DNA of 64,000 nt. It comes from an uncultured Muribaculaceae bacterium. GTDB lineage: Bacteria > Bacteroidota > Bacteroidia > Bacteroidales > Muribaculaceae. The DNA is taken from the NCBI GenBank assembly GCA_910587355.1, contig CAJUKF010000009.1, positions 3,308-67,307 on the forward strand. The letters are read 5' to 3'. A program made the position numbers and the translations under genes. Of the stretch, positions 11,549 through 22,222 are shown piece by piece. Under the pieces are notes generated by a model, which saw only the letters and a list, made by a program, of their open reading frames with translations, was not told the DNA's origin and did not search any database. Positions within the stretch are counted from its first letter, which is position 1. Each line of letters begins with the position of its first letter.

Positions 11549-13432
11549 ATGGCAGAAAAGAAATCTTTTCTTAAAGGGAAAAAGCCGGTTACCTTTCTTG
11601 ACCTCTTTGCTGGAGCAGGAGGAATAAGTGAGGGATTTCTTCAGGCTTATACTTCCGACAAATATTTCAAGTTTATTCTTGCAAGCGATATTAACGAGAA
11701 TTGTGAGTTGACACATGTTGTAAGATATAATCATCAGTTCGGACTTGATACCAAGTTCCTTACAGCTGATATTATGGCACCAGATTTTATGATGCGTCTG
11801 CTTGCTCAACTCGGCAATGTCGAAATAGACGTTGTGACAGGTGGTCCAAGTTGTCAGTCTTTTAGCTTATCAGGCCGTCGCAGACGCTTTGACAAAAGGG
11901 ATAATTTATTTCTCCATTATCTTGCAGTAATCCGCAAACTCCGCCCTAAATACTTTGTCATGGAGAATGTCAAAGGACTACTCACAAAAGATAAAGGAAA
12001 GTTCAAAGAAGCGATACTCCGTGAAATCCGTTCGATAATTGACGATAAAAATATACCGTCATTTATTTTATTTCTAAATGGACTTCTTGACAAAAATGCA
12101 TCTACGTTTGTTAAGAACTGTTTTCTTTCAAAAATTAAAATGGAAGTAGCTGATGATGAAGATGCACGCGCCGAACGAGACAATTATTTCGCTGTTCTTG
12201 AAACTCAATTTAAATCTATTACACGAAAAATAGACTATCGTCTCAGCAAATCAAACATCAACATTGCGACAATTCGTCACGGCCTGAATCTGCTTCGTCG
12301 CACCGATGAAAGAAACGCTATCTCAGCCGCTATCATTAATGAAAAAACACAGGCCGATATTGACAATGATTTCTTTGTCAACCAGTTCAACAACTTTATA
12401 TCGTTCATTGACGATTCGACGATAATAAATACTATCCTTTCTGCTATCGATACTTTCGACGAATTTGATAACTCATCAAACGAGGTCGAGGAGTTCCGAG
12501 AAATGATAAAGCTGTATTCCTATACTCTTGATGAAACATTCTCGCTGGTAAAGGATTTCGCAAAAGATAAAAAGGAAACTGAAGAACTTGACAGGCATCT
12601 TGAAAATATTAGGCTATACCGAGTCGCAAAGCCTATAGTCGCTCTCGCCGCTGATTACGGCGTACCGCAGAATCGCGAACGAGTTCTTTTTGTTGGTTGT
12701 CGAAAGGACCAAGAGCTTATCGATGCCATCCCACCAACACTTAGTGACGAAGAAAAAGTAACGGTCTATGAGGCTATCCATGACCTTGATTTTTTAGGAA
12801 ACGGTTCTACTGCCGATACATATGGTACACAGCGTATCATTCCGGAATACGAGCCTCTTATTCGTAGTCGCGAAGTACAAGGCCATATCTCAGATGCCGA
12901 AGATACTCATACATTCTCTGAATGGTCTAAGATTGGCCGTTTCGGCCATAGATTTGATTTTTGTTGCGAACCTTTCTATGTGCGTTCTATTGAAGATTTA
13001 AACAATAATCTTTTTTGCGAAGCTCCTGTACTATACAATCATCAGACAAGTTCGCAAAGTGATGATGTGAAAGAGAGGCTTTCTATTATCGCCAAGCACG
13101 GCGTATACGATGAAGATTGCAAAGAAGAACTTTCGCAGTTTGGGTTGGAATCCAATAAGCGAAACTATACTGTACTTAATCCCAAAGGTCAGAGTCCTAC
13201 TGTAGTGACAATGCCCGACGATTTTATACATTATGCAGCTCATAGGGCAATGACTGTTCGCGAAATGGCACGTCTTCAGTCTTTTGATGATTCTTTCGTT
13301 TTTCAAGGAAAGCGTCAGACAGGGGGAAATAAGAGAAAGACGGAAATTCCGCAATATACACTTGTTGGTAATGCCGTACCTCCATTGATGGCTAGAGCTA
13401 TCGCTAATACTATTCTGAAACATATAAAATAG
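11549..13432 (+). CDS. DNA (cytosine-5)-methyltransferase with a large internal insertion
   Basis: Motif I LDLFAGAGG, IV GGPSCQSFS, VI MENVKG, VIII YGVPQNRERV, IX TVREMARLQSF, X VGNAVPP. Start placed at MAEKK. Confidence 0.93.
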   Translation: MAEKKSFLKGKKPVTFLDLFAGAGGISEGFLQAYTSDKYFKFILASDINENCELTHVVRYNHQFGLDTKFLTADIMAPDFMMRLLAQLGNVEIDVVTGGPSCQSFSLSGRRRRFDKRDNLFLHYLAVIRKLRPKYFVMENVKGLLTKDKGKFKEAILREIRSIIDDKNIPSFILFLNGLLDKNASTFVKNCFLSKIKMEVADDEDARAERDNYFAVLETQFKSITRKIDYRLSKSNINIATIRHGLNLLRRTDERNAISAAIINEKTQADIDNDFFVNQFNNFISFIDDSTIINTILSAIDTFDEFDNSSNEVEEFREMIKLYSYTLDETFSLVKDFAKDKKETEELDRHLENIRLYRVAKPIVALAADYGVPQNRERVLFVGCRKDQELIDAIPPTLSDEEKVTVYEAIHDLDFLGNGSTADTYGTQRIIPEYEPLIRSREVQGHISDAEDTHTFSEWSKIGRFGHRFDFCCEPFYVRSIEDLNNNLFCEAPVLYNHQTSSQSDDVKERLSIIAKHGVYDEDCKEELSQFGLESNKRNYTVLNPKGQSPTVVTMPDDFIHYAAHRAMTVREMARLQSFDDSFVFQGKRQTGGNKRKTEIPQYTLVGNAVPPLMARAIANTILKHIK

Positions 13433-13437
13433 TTCCC

Positions 13438-14655
13438 ATGATACACATGCGCCCATACAATGCTTTCGAGACCAAAAATGTAAAATTTTTGGTTGATAAG
13501 CAGGTGGAGTTTGCTACAATCCAAATCACCGAAACCGGTTTAAAGAAAAGCATATTGGACGCAACCGCTCCGGTTCGTGCATTTTTTAAGGAGAAGAATG
13601 TGCATGATTACGAAACGCAACTCCAAGGGCCGGAACATAAGCGTGTTATCGACACATATATTTTGACTGAAGACGCACAATATCTTACAAAAACTTCTCT
13701 TTATCGACCCATTACTAAAAAAGGAGACCCTCGACTTTGGGTCAATAAAGTTAGAGATGTTGAGTTTCTTAGAGCAAACGATATTTTCGCAATTATTGCG
13801 CATCGAGGCATCCTTTTCGCAGTGAATTTAACAACCGTGAATATTGAAAAGGTATGCACATCGCCAATAGACACTCCGCTGAAAGATTTAATTTTTGAAG
13901 TCTCTCGCGAAAAGAACTCTGTAAGTGATGAATTGCTATGTCTTATCAAGGATAGAATGTCTGACTGGATGCCCGCTGAAATTTTAGCAGATACCGGAAT
14001 TGGCCGTACAGTTGAATCAATACTGGGTATTGGCATGAATCCGTCAAAAAATCCAGATTATAAGGGCATCGAGTTAAAAAGCCATCGCGAAGCATCAAAA
14101 GTGCGGAACACATTATTTACTCAGGCTCCAGAATGGGAAATCAGTCGGTTAAAAAGTGGGCGTGCTATCGTAGAAGAATATGGATATGTACCGGTTGGTT
14201 ATACTCATAAATCACTTCACGTTACCCTTACTGCTAACCGCCCAAATCCTCAGGGGCTCGGCCTGTTAGTTCAACCGCAATTAGGCATATTGGAGGCTGA
14301 CGAGTTCTCCCATATTGTACTGGCTGATGGTACATTCAGAAAGGTTAAAGATGTTGCAGCTTGGCAGTTGATGAATCTTCATAAACGTTTACTCACGAAA
14401 CATCGTGAGACATTTTGGATTGATGCGGAAACCAAAAAGGAATCAGGCCGCGAATATTTCAGAGTTACTGAAATCCTGCACACTAAAAATCCTATTCCCT
14501 CACAGTTTGATATCCTGCTCGAACAGGGGCAGATTACAGTTGACTTTTTGCTTTGTCGAGATTCTGGAGGCGATACATACAGCTTCAAAATCAAGGGTAA
14601 GGCACGACCTCTATTGTTCCCTCAAAGCGATACCTATAATCTCAGAGTCATTTAA
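13438..14655 (+). CDS. MvaI/BcnI-family restriction endonuclease with N-terminal extension
   Basis: DTGIGRTVESILGIGMN.SK.PDYKGIELKS (PD-(D/E)xK), TLFTQAPEW, LLTKHRETFWI; directly downstream of the MTase. The start may instead be 13447. Confidence 0.8.
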   Translation: MIHMRPYNAFETKNVKFLVDKQVEFATIQITETGLKKSILDATAPVRAFFKEKNVHDYETQLQGPEHKRVIDTYILTEDAQYLTKTSLYRPITKKGDPRLWVNKVRDVEFLRANDIFAIIAHRGILFAVNLTTVNIEKVCTSPIDTPLKDLIFEVSREKNSVSDELLCLIKDRMSDWMPAEILADTGIGRTVESILGIGMNPSKNPDYKGIELKSHREASKVRNTLFTQAPEWEISRLKSGRAIVEEYGYVPVGYTHKSLHVTLTANRPNPQGLGLLVQPQLGILEADEFSHIVLADGTFRKVKDVAAWQLMNLHKRLLTKHRETFWIDAETKKESGREYFRVTEILHTKNPIPSQFDILLEQGQITVDFLLCRDSGGDTYSFKIKGKARPLLFPQSDTYNLRVI

Positions 14656-14708
14656 TCTAAAAAACAATAATAAATCTTGGCTCATATTTCCATTTATTAC
14701 GACAAGTG

Positions 14709-15185
14709 TTAGGATTTCAGCATAGACGATATTAGTTGTGTCTCGAATCCGCGGGCTACGGCGAAACGGAAGAGCTTTACGCGGTCGTCGTACGACAGCG
14801 GACGGTCCATATGTGCGGCTTTGGCTTTGAGGAGGGTGCGCAGGACGGCGGTGTATTCCTCCTGATTGATTTCTTCGAGCGCCTCGTCAATGGTATCGGA
14901 GTCGATACGTTTCTGCTTGAGTGCCATTGCTATTTTGCGACGGCCCCAGCGGGCGAAGCGGTATTTGTCGCGGACGAATGCCCGGGCAAAGCGGCTGTCG
15001 TCGAGAAAGCGGCGTGTTGTGAGAGAATTTATTATTGCCTCGATGTCGCGGCTGTCAATGCGCCATGCGCGCATTTTCTCGCGCAGCTCGTGCTCGCAGC
15101 GTTCGGCACGCGCGCACAGTTCCTCACAGCGGATAAGGGCTTTTTCGGGTGGTATGACTTTAGGAGTGGAAAAGCTTCGTGGCAT
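14709..15185 (-). CDS. recX: RecX regulatory protein
   Basis: LCARAERCEHELREKM..W, FLDDSRFARAFVRDKYRFARWGRRKI, FAVARGFE. Confidence 0.9.
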   Translation of the reverse strand: MPRSFSTPKVIPPEKALIRCEELCARAERCEHELREKMRAWRIDSRDIEAIINSLTTRRFLDDSRFARAFVRDKYRFARWGRRKIAMALKQKRIDSDTIDEALEEINQEEYTAVLRTLLKAKAAHMDRPLSYDDRVKLFRFAVARGFETQLISSMLKS

Positions 15186-15187
15186 TT

Positions 15188-16054
15188 TTACTGATTGTCG
15201 GGCAGCTGTGCTGTGGCGTAGCGGTAAGCGCCGAGATAGTCGCGGCGTATGTCGATGTTTTCAAATCCATCGCCTTGAAGCAGGGCGCGCATTTCTTCGG
15301 GGAAACGCGAGTTGATTTCAAAGTAAAGCCGTCCGCCTGGAACAAGTGCCTTCCGGGCATAAGCTGCTATAGCTTTATAGAAAAGCAGAGGATTGTCGTC
15401 GGGAACGAAAAGAGCAGAGTGGGGCTCGTAGTCGAGCACATGGGGCTCGATATCCTTTGCCTCCGATGCGCACACATAGGGAGGATTGCTCACTATGATG
15501 TCATATTCGGCTGAGGAGGACGGCGGTGTTTTAAGAATATCGGCCTGAATGAAACGGACATTGACAGACAGAGCCTTCGCGTTGTTTTCGGCCACTTTGA
15601 GAGCATCGGTGCTCACATCGATGCCCCTGACATCGGCGAAAGGCAGCGCACGTGCGAGCGATATGGCGATGCAGCCCGAGCCGGTGCCTATGTCGAGCAC
15701 GCGCAAGTCGCTGCGGCCGCTGTAATCCGAGGTGATTATGTCGACCAGTCCGGCGGTCTCCGGCCTCGGAATCAGCACGGCCGGCGATACGGCGAATGTG
15801 TTGCCCATAAACTGAGCGCGGCCGACGGCATACTGCACCGGTTCGCCGGCAAGCACTTTGTCGACGGCGGCGTTTATGCGGCTTTGGACGAAGTCGAGCA
15901 CTTCGCGGTCGCCGTTCACAAAAATGTATTTGCGGTCATAGCCGGCCACATCCTCAAAGATTATGCGTGCGGCCGCCTCCGCCTCGCCCTTGCCGAGCGA
16001 AGGCGAGAGACGGTCGACAGTGTCTTTGAAGAAGCGTGCTGCTGTGATGCTCAT
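15188..16054 (-). CDS. prmC: Peptide chain release factor N5-glutamine methyltransferase
   Basis: [32 protein letters not shown]. Confidence 0.95.
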   Translation of the reverse strand: MSITAARFFKDTVDRLSPSLGKGEAEAAARIIFEDVAGYDRKYIFVNGDREVLDFVQSRINAAVDKVLAGEPVQYAVGRAQFMGNTFAVSPAVLIPRPETAGLVDIITSDYSGRSDLRVLDIGTGSGCIAISLARALPFADVRGIDVSTDALKVAENNAKALSVNVRFIQADILKTPPSSSAEYDIIVSNPPYVCASEAKDIEPHVLDYEPHSALFVPDDNPLLFYKAIAAYARKALVPGGRLYFEINSRFPEEMRALLQGDGFENIDIRRDYLGAYRYATAQLPDNQ

Positions 16055-17340
16055 TCGCGGTCGTCGTTGATAGCCTCGTAGCCGAAAATATCGTCGTCGG
16101 AGGGACGGTCGTCGTCTTCGTCGTTATCCTCACAGGGAGTATCGTCGTCAATCTCGTCGATGTCAGCGTCGTCCCAGTCGATGTCCTCTTCCCATGTGTC
16201 GGGGCTTATTTTACGCAAATCCTCGGCTTCCTCGTCGGCTTCGTCGGGTGTGGGTTCGTATTCGAAGATAAAATTGTCTTCTTCCTGCACGCGGTGACGG
16301 CTGTCGAGCGGACGGTGAACCGTGTCGGGCGAATCGATGCGGTTGCGGTCGTCGGTGATTGCGGTCCAGAGCATATCCTTGAGCCTGTCGATGCCGTAGC
16401 CGGTGACAGCGGATATGAATACGTGGGGAATGCCTTCGGGAAGGGTCTTCTCGATTTCCTCGCGGAGCTCATCGTCGAGTAAGTCGGATTTCGATATGGC
16501 GAGCACACGCTCTTTGTCGACGAGCTGCGGATTGAAGCGGCGGAGTTCGTCGAGCAGGATTTCGTATTCCTTCTCGATGTCGTCGGCATCGGCCGGAACA
16601 AGGAAGAGGAGCACGGCATTTCGCTCGATGTGGCGCAGGAAACGCAGACCGAGGCCCTTGCCCTCGCTGGCGCCTTCGATGATGCCGGGTATGTCGGCCA
16701 TTACGAACGAGCGGTTGTCGCGGTAGCTGACGATGCCGAGCTGCGGCTCCATTGTCGTGAAGGGATAATCGGCGATTTTCGGTTCGGCTGCCGAAACTGC
16801 CGACAGAAGTGTCGATTTACCCGCGTTGGGGAAGCCGACAAGACCCACGTCTGCGAGCATTTTCAGTTCGAGCACCACCGACTTTTCGATTGCCGGTTCA
16901 CCCGGCTGAGCATATCGCGGCGTGCGGTTGGTAGAGCTCTTGAAATGCCAGTTGCCCAGCCCCCCACGGCCTCCCTTGAGGAGCTTTATTTCCTGGCCGT
17001 CGTCGGTCACTTCGGTGAGGTATTCGCCTGTCTCGGCATCATATACCACGGTTCCGCAGGGTACGTCGACAACAACGTCCTCGCCGTCCTTGCCGAAAGA
17101 ACGGCCACCCGAGCCGCTCTGCCCGTTGCCTGCGAAGATATGACGGCGGTATTTCAGTGGCAGGAGCGTCCACATGTTGCGGTTGCCGCGGAGAATGATA
17201 TGACCTCCACGGCCTCCGTCACCTCCGTCAGGGCCTCCCTTGGGTACATATTTGGCACGATAGAAGTGACGTGAGCCTGCGCCTCCGCGTCCCGAGCGGC
17301 AGAGGATTTTCACATAGTCTATAAAATTCGAGTCAGCCAT
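16051..17340 (-). CDS. obgE: GTPase ObgE/CgtA
   Basis: [45 protein letters not shown]; acidic C-terminal tail. Confidence 0.97.
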   Translation of the reverse strand: MADSNFIDYVKILCRSGRGGAGSRHFYRAKYVPKGGPDGGDGGRGGHIILRGNRNMWTLLPLKYRRHIFAGNGQSGSGGRSFGKDGEDVVVDVPCGTVVYDAETGEYLTEVTDDGQEIKLLKGGRGGLGNWHFKSSTNRTPRYAQPGEPAIEKSVVLELKMLADVGLVGFPNAGKSTLLSAVSAAEPKIADYPFTTMEPQLGIVSYRDNRSFVMADIPGIIEGASEGKGLGLRFLRHIERNAVLLFLVPADADDIEKEYEILLDELRRFNPQLVDKERVLAISKSDLLDDELREEIEKTLPEGIPHVFISAVTGYGIDRLKDMLWTAITDDRNRIDSPDTVHRPLDSRHRVQEEDNFIFEYEPTPDEADEEAEDLRKISPDTWEEDIDWDDADIDEIDDDTPCEDNDEDDDRPSDDDIFGYEAINDDRE

Positions 17341-17442
17341 GTTCGCTGTAGAAATTTATTTGGAAGCAAAGCCGGGAAACCGGCCCGGTTGCTTTTATAT
17401 TTGGTATTTAAACGATTGAAACGTGTTGAAAGTTGGGGTGTG

Positions 17443-18915
17443 TCAGTAACCCATGTAGTTTTTGCGCGAAGCGTCGAGCTTGAGGAGGATGAACAGAAGT
17501 ATCGTGAATCCCCACAGCGACGAGCCGCCGTAACTGAAGAACGGCAACGGAATGCCGATTACGGGGCACAGTCCTATGACCATGCCTATGTTTATGCAGA
17601 AGTGGAATATGAAATAGGAAGCCACGCAGTAGGCGTAGACGCGTCCGAAGGTGGTGGGTTGGCGTTCGCCTATTGCAATCACACGCAGTATGAGTGCAAG
17701 GAAGAGGAGTGTGACGAGCATGGTGCCTATGAAGCCTTCTTCCTCGCCGATTGTGCAGAAGATGAAGTCGGTGTGCTGCTCGGGAACATATTTGAGCTTG
17801 GTCTGCGTGCCGTTGAGGAAGCCTTTGCCTGCGAAACCGCCAGAGCCGATGGCGATTGTCGACTGGTTGACATTGTATCCGGCTCCGCGCAAATCCTCGA
17901 CTATGCCGAGTGCCACCTCTATGCGCAGACGCTGGTGGGGCTGCAGTTTCTCGAACGCCATGTTCACCGAGAACATGAAGCCCACGGCAAGGATAGCCGT
18001 AGCGACGGTGATGTAGAGCTTCGGACGGCGGTATTTTATGGCCTCAATCACAATGTATACGCAGGCAATGAGGAGCATCGAGAGGATGCACGCCATGGCC
18101 GGGAGTGTGATGCCGCAGAGGTCGACGATGTACATCACCAGCCCGCATCCGGCGAACCAGAACACGAGATTACGCCCGATTTCGATACGACGCGAATAGA
18201 TAACGGCCATACCCACCATTACGAGCATGAGCATGATGAATACGGAGAATTCGCCGGATGGTATGCCGAGTATCATGGTCTCGGTATATTTGATGGCGAC
18301 CACGAAGATTACCACGGCGAAGAGAGCTGCGAAGAGCACCAGTCCGCTCATGCCCTCGCGGTAGAGGACAAAGAAAAGCGCCATGAACGTCAGGGCCGAG
18401 CCTGTCTCGTTCTGCAGCAGTATGAGTATGACAGGGGTGAGTATTATGGCAAGCGCCTTCACATAGTTGAGCCATCGTGCGTTAAGCACGAAGTGGTAGG
18501 AACTGAAAAGCTTGGCCAGGGCGAGTGCGGTGGCGAACTTGGCGAATTCTGCCGGCTGAAGGCTCATCGACGAGCCGAAAGTAATCCATGAGCGCGAGCC
18601 TTTGATGTCGTGTGCGACAAAGGGTGTGATGAACAGCAGCAGCATTACGAATATGTAGACGGGATAGGCGTATGTCTCGTACATGCGGCTGTCAATCAGC
18701 AGCAGCACGAGTGCGAGAATGCCCGAGAGACCTATCCAGCGCAGCTGCTTGCCCGAAAACTCCGTGACAGCGAACATCGATGCATTGTCGAAGTCGTAGC
18801 ATGCCGCATAGATGCTCACCATGCCGGCGAACACCATAATAAAGTATATTATTACGGTAATCCAGTCGAGATTTCGGAATGTGGAGCCGGATTCACTTCT
18901 TCTTGGCAGGCGCAT
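17443..18915 (-). CDS. rodA: Rod shape-determining protein RodA (SEDS glycosyltransferase)
   Basis: LQPAEFAK, YNVNQSTIAIGSGG, VPEQHTDFIF, PLPFFSYGGSS; located in the mre operon. Confidence 0.95.
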   Translation of the reverse strand: MRLPRRSESGSTFRNLDWITVIIYFIMVFAGMVSIYAACYDFDNASMFAVTEFSGKQLRWIGLSGILALVLLLIDSRMYETYAYPVYIFVMLLLFITPFVAHDIKGSRSWITFGSSMSLQPAEFAKFATALALAKLFSSYHFVLNARWLNYVKALAIILTPVILILLQNETGSALTFMALFFVLYREGMSGLVLFAALFAVVIFVVAIKYTETMILGIPSGEFSVFIMLMLVMVGMAVIYSRRIEIGRNLVFWFAGCGLVMYIVDLCGITLPAMACILSMLLIACVYIVIEAIKYRRPKLYITVATAILAVGFMFSVNMAFEKLQPHQRLRIEVALGIVEDLRGAGYNVNQSTIAIGSGGFAGKGFLNGTQTKLKYVPEQHTDFIFCTIGEEEGFIGTMLVTLLFLALILRVIAIGERQPTTFGRVYAYCVASYFIFHFCINIGMVIGLCPVIGIPLPFFSYGGSSLWGFTILLFILLKLDASRKNYMGY

Positions 18916-20752
18916 AGTAAATCGATGATTTAAGCATTTGTTCCTCCATCGCCTTGTGTTCGGGCGATATGGTTCCGGTGAGATACTTCTCCATTACAAG
19001 GCAGCCTATGGGCACGCCGTATGTTGCGCCCCAGCCGCCGTTCTCCACATATACGGCCACGGCGATTTTCGAGTCGTGATAGGGGGCGAATCCCATGAAC
19101 GCGGAGTGGTCGGTGCCGTGCGGATTCTGCGCCGTGCCGGTCTTGCCGCAGACCTCGATGCCCGGAATGGCCGCGCGGCGGCACGTGCCGCCGGTTACCG
19201 CCATACGCATGCCTTCGGCGACATCGTCGTACCAGTGGGCGGCGATGGTGGGTGTGCGCGTGGGGAAGGCTTCTTCGGGCATTACGGTATCCTTGATTTG
19301 CTTCACCACATGGGGCGTGACGAAGTGGCCGCGGTTGGCGATTGTCGCCGACAGATTGGCGATTTGCAGCGGCGTGGCCAGTATTTCGCCCTGTCCGATA
19401 GCCACGGAGATAATTGTATTGGCGCTCCAGTGGCCTTTGGAGTAGAACTTATCGTAGAACTTGGCATTGGGGATGAATCCGCGGCTCTCGCCCGGAAGGT
19501 CGACTCCGAGCTTGTATCCGTAACCCATGGACACAAGGTGATTCTTCCATATTTCGAATGCCTTGTCGCTGGCACCGTATTTGCTGCGCTTGTCAATCAT
19601 GCCTTTGAGACCCCAGCAGAAAAATGCGTTGCACGATGTCTGAATGGCCGGCTTGAGCGTGAGAGGCGAGCTGTGAGGGTGACAGCCTACGCGCAGGCCG
19701 CCGCTGATGTAGCCGCGGTAACAGGGATATGCGGTCGAGAGGTCTATGATGCCTTCCTCAAGGAAAATAAGGCCCTGCGTGGGCTTGAAAGTGGAGCCCG
19801 GAGGATATGCCGCCATGAGCGCGCGGTCGAAGAGCGGCCATGAATCATCCTGGGTGAGGAGCTTGTAGTTCTTGCCGCGCTGACGGCCCACAAGCATCGT
19901 AGGGTCATATGTCGGCATCGATACCATGCACAGAATCTCTCCTGTGGCAGGCTCAATGGCCACTACGGCTCCGCGCTTTCCTACCATGAGGGATTCGGCA
20001 TACTGCTGCAGCTTTATGTCGAGGCTCAGGCGCAAATCGCGTCCGGCAATCGGCGCCACATCGTTGGCGCCGTCCTCATAGCGTCCCTGAATGCGGCCGC
20101 GTGCGTCGCGCATGAGTATCTCCACACCTTTGACGCCACGGAGATATGTCTCGTAGCTTTTTTCAACCCCGAGGTCGCCGGTGTAGTCGCCCGGAGCGTA
20201 ATAGCTGTCGCGGTCGATGTCGGCCTGCGACACCTCGCGTATGTTGCCGAGTACGTTTGCCGCGGTCGGATGCTTGTACTGGCGCAGGATTCGTTTCTGG
20301 ATGAAGAATCCCGGGAAGCGGTATAGTTTTTCCTGCAGGCGACCGTAATCCTCCACCGAAAGCTGTGCTATGAGGCGCTGTGGAGTATACGATGAGTAGC
20401 CGGGATTGAGGCGTCTGTCCTTCATATCGGTGAAGCGCTTTCTCAGTGCTTCGGGTTCGATGTTGATTGTGGCGCAGAAATCGAGGGTGTCGAAGGCCTG
20501 TACTTCCCGCGGTATGAGCATGACATCATAGGCAGGCTGGTTGAACACCACCAGCTCGCCGTTGCGGTCATAGATAAGGCCGCGCGAGGGATATATGGTT
20601 TTCTTAAGAAAAGCGTTCGAATCGGCCGACTGCTTGTATTTCTCGTCGGCAAGCTGCAAATCGAAAAGCCTGACGAGATATATAAGTGCTATAATCACCA
20701 GGAAGCCCCCGATTACATATTTACGCTTTTCAAGATTATAGTTTTTTCTCAA
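18893..20752 (-). CDS. mrdA: Penicillin-binding protein 2
   Basis: RGLIYDRNG, YPPGSTFK (SxxK), SCN, GKTGTAQN. A TTG start at 20752 is inferred. Confidence 0.93.
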   Translation of the reverse strand: MRKNYNLEKRKYVIGGFLVIIALIYLVRLFDLQLADEKYKQSADSNAFLKKTIYPSRGLIYDRNGELVVFNQPAYDVMLIPREVQAFDTLDFCATINIEPEALRKRFTDMKDRRLNPGYSSYTPQRLIAQLSVEDYGRLQEKLYRFPGFFIQKRILRQYKHPTAANVLGNIREVSQADIDRDSYYAPGDYTGDLGVEKSYETYLRGVKGVEILMRDARGRIQGRYEDGANDVAPIAGRDLRLSLDIKLQQYAESLMVGKRGAVVAIEPATGEILCMVSMPTYDPTMLVGRQRGKNYKLLTQDDSWPLFDRALMAAYPPGSTFKPTQGLIFLEEGIIDLSTAYPCYRGYISGGLRVGCHPHSSPLTLKPAIQTSCNAFFCWGLKGMIDKRSKYGASDKAFEIWKNHLVSMGYGYKLGVDLPGESRGFIPNAKFYDKFYSKGHWSANTIISVAIGQGEILATPLQIANLSATIANRGHFVTPHVVKQIKDTVMPEEAFPTRTPTIAAHWYDDVAEGMRMAVTGGTCRRAAIPGIEVCGKTGTAQNPHGTDHSAFMGFAPYHDSKIAVAVYVENGGWGATYGVPIGCLVMEKYLTGTISPEHKAMEEQMLKSSIYYAPAKKK

Positions 20753-20813
20753 TTTACAGTTTGTTATATGTGGGAGAGACGTGTGGAGAGCGGAGTGCCG
20801 GTACAGGCACGGT

Positions 20814-21335
20814 TCAACTGTAGTATTCGCGACGGCGCCGGAACAGGCTGTCGAATGCATACAGAAGTACGAACGTATAGGCAGACGACGCGATTATACG
20901 GAGTATCAGCAGTCTGAAACTGAAAAACTGGAATGCTTCCACTGTGAATACCATAGTGCAGTACAGCAGCACCATGGTAGACAGGAACTTCATGAAAGCG
21001 CCGTGACCCATGGATTGTGCCGAAGGGCTACGGCTGGCAAGGTCATCATCCATCGACACGTACAGGTGGAATACCGGTTTGCGGACGAAGGCCAGTACGG
21101 TGCAGCAGAGAGCGTTGACACCGGGAGTATCGGAGAAGATGTCGAGCACGAGACCGGTGAGAAATCCGAGGGTCATCGACAGATTGACGCCGATAGTCAC
21201 CGGCAGCATGATTATGAGCCAGATGAACAGCAGAGGCACCGCCACATTGAAGAGTATGGCGTGATTGAAGATGATAGCCTGGGCCGGTATCATCAGCAAA
21301 AAGAAAATGGCGTATTTTATGAAAAACTTAGTCAT
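20814..21335 (-). CDS. mreD: Rod shape-determining protein MreD
   Basis: Hydrophobic membrane protein with GFLTGLVLDIFSDTPG, located between mreC and mrdA. Confidence 0.88.
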   Translation of the reverse strand: MTKFFIKYAIFFLLMIPAQAIIFNHAILFNVAVPLLFIWLIIMLPVTIGVNLSMTLGFLTGLVLDIFSDTPGVNALCCTVLAFVRKPVFHLYVSMDDDLASRSPSAQSMGHGAFMKFLSTMVLLYCTMVFTVEAFQFFSFRLLILRIIASSAYTFVLLYAFDSLFRRRREYYS

Positions 21336-22201
21336 TGGCCGAACGGGTTCTTCTTTGCGTCGTTTTCTTCTCCTGCCTGAAGTTTCCTGAGCTCTTCGGC
21401 ATGGTTGTTAATCACAATCTGAACATTTCCAAGTCTGGTGAAATCGGCGAACAGGCCTACGCGGAGGGTGAAGAAGTCGCTGCTCTTGTCGGTGTCCTCG
21501 TCAAGCACCACGCCTACGGGCAGGCCGGCCGGGAATACTGCCGAATAGCCCGAGGTGACAATGGTGTCGCCTTGCTTGAACACCGTGTGTCGCGGCAGCT
21601 CTTCGAGGGATGCTTCTGTGGGGCTGTCGCCTGTCCATACGAGAGAACCGAAATAGTCGCTGCGCTTGATTTTGCAGGAGAGGCGGAAATGCGGGTTCAG
21701 CAGTGAAATCACACGGGCGCTGTGAGGGCCCGTGTTGCTTACAATGCCCACTACGCCGTTCTGGTCAATCACACCGAGCTCCGGGCGTACGCCGTCTTCA
21801 GTGCCCTTGTTGATTGTGAGATAGTTGTAAGGGTGGGCTATGGAGTTGCTTATGACGTGGGCCACGATGAATTCGAAGTGCGGCACGCCCGAGTCTGGAA
21901 CCAGCGTGTCGTTGAATCCCATTTCGTGGAGGTCCTGTATTTCTTCCCTGAGGCTTTCAATTTCTGCCTGCAGCTGGGCGTTGCGGCGGTTGAGGTCCTC
22001 GTTGATGTGGTGGAGGTTGAAATACGAGGTCACGTTGTTGGCGCCTTTGTAGGCCGTGGATGCCAGACGCCCGGCTGAGGTGATATATACGTGCTGGCGA
22101 TAGGGGTCGTCCTTAAACAGCAGCATGCAGCTTATCACCACGTAAAACGTGAAGATAAACCACTTGCTGTGCCGTATAAGAAAGCCTATGAGCTCGCTCA
22201 C
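21332..22201 (-). CDS. mreC: Rod shape-determining protein MreC
   Basis: N-terminal TM plus coiled coil, LTINKG..DGV, GVVGIV, GDTIVTSGYSAVFPAG. Confidence 0.93.
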   Translation of the reverse strand: MSELIGFLIRHSKWFIFTFYVVISCMLLFKDDPYRQHVYITSAGRLASTAYKGANNVTSYFNLHHINEDLNRRNAQLQAEIESLREEIQDLHEMGFNDTLVPDSGVPHFEFIVAHVISNSIAHPYNYLTINKGTEDGVRPELGVIDQNGVVGIVSNTGPHSARVISLLNPHFRLSCKIKRSDYFGSLVWTGDSPTEASLEELPRHTVFKQGDTIVTSGYSAVFPAGLPVGVVLDEDTDKSSDFFTLRVGLFADFTRLGNVQIVINNHAEELRKLQAGEENDAKKNPFGQ

Positions 22202-22222
22202 AATCCTTCGGAGGGGAGAATG

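Larger units (their letters stand above)
11357..14711. mobile_element. AT-rich restriction-modification cassette bounded by a 10 bp direct repeat (ACAAGTGTTA)
   Basis: Repeat copies at 11357-11366 and 14702-14711 (the right copy overlaps the recX stop codon). Visibly lower GC than the flanks. No recombinase gene inside. Confidence 0.5.
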
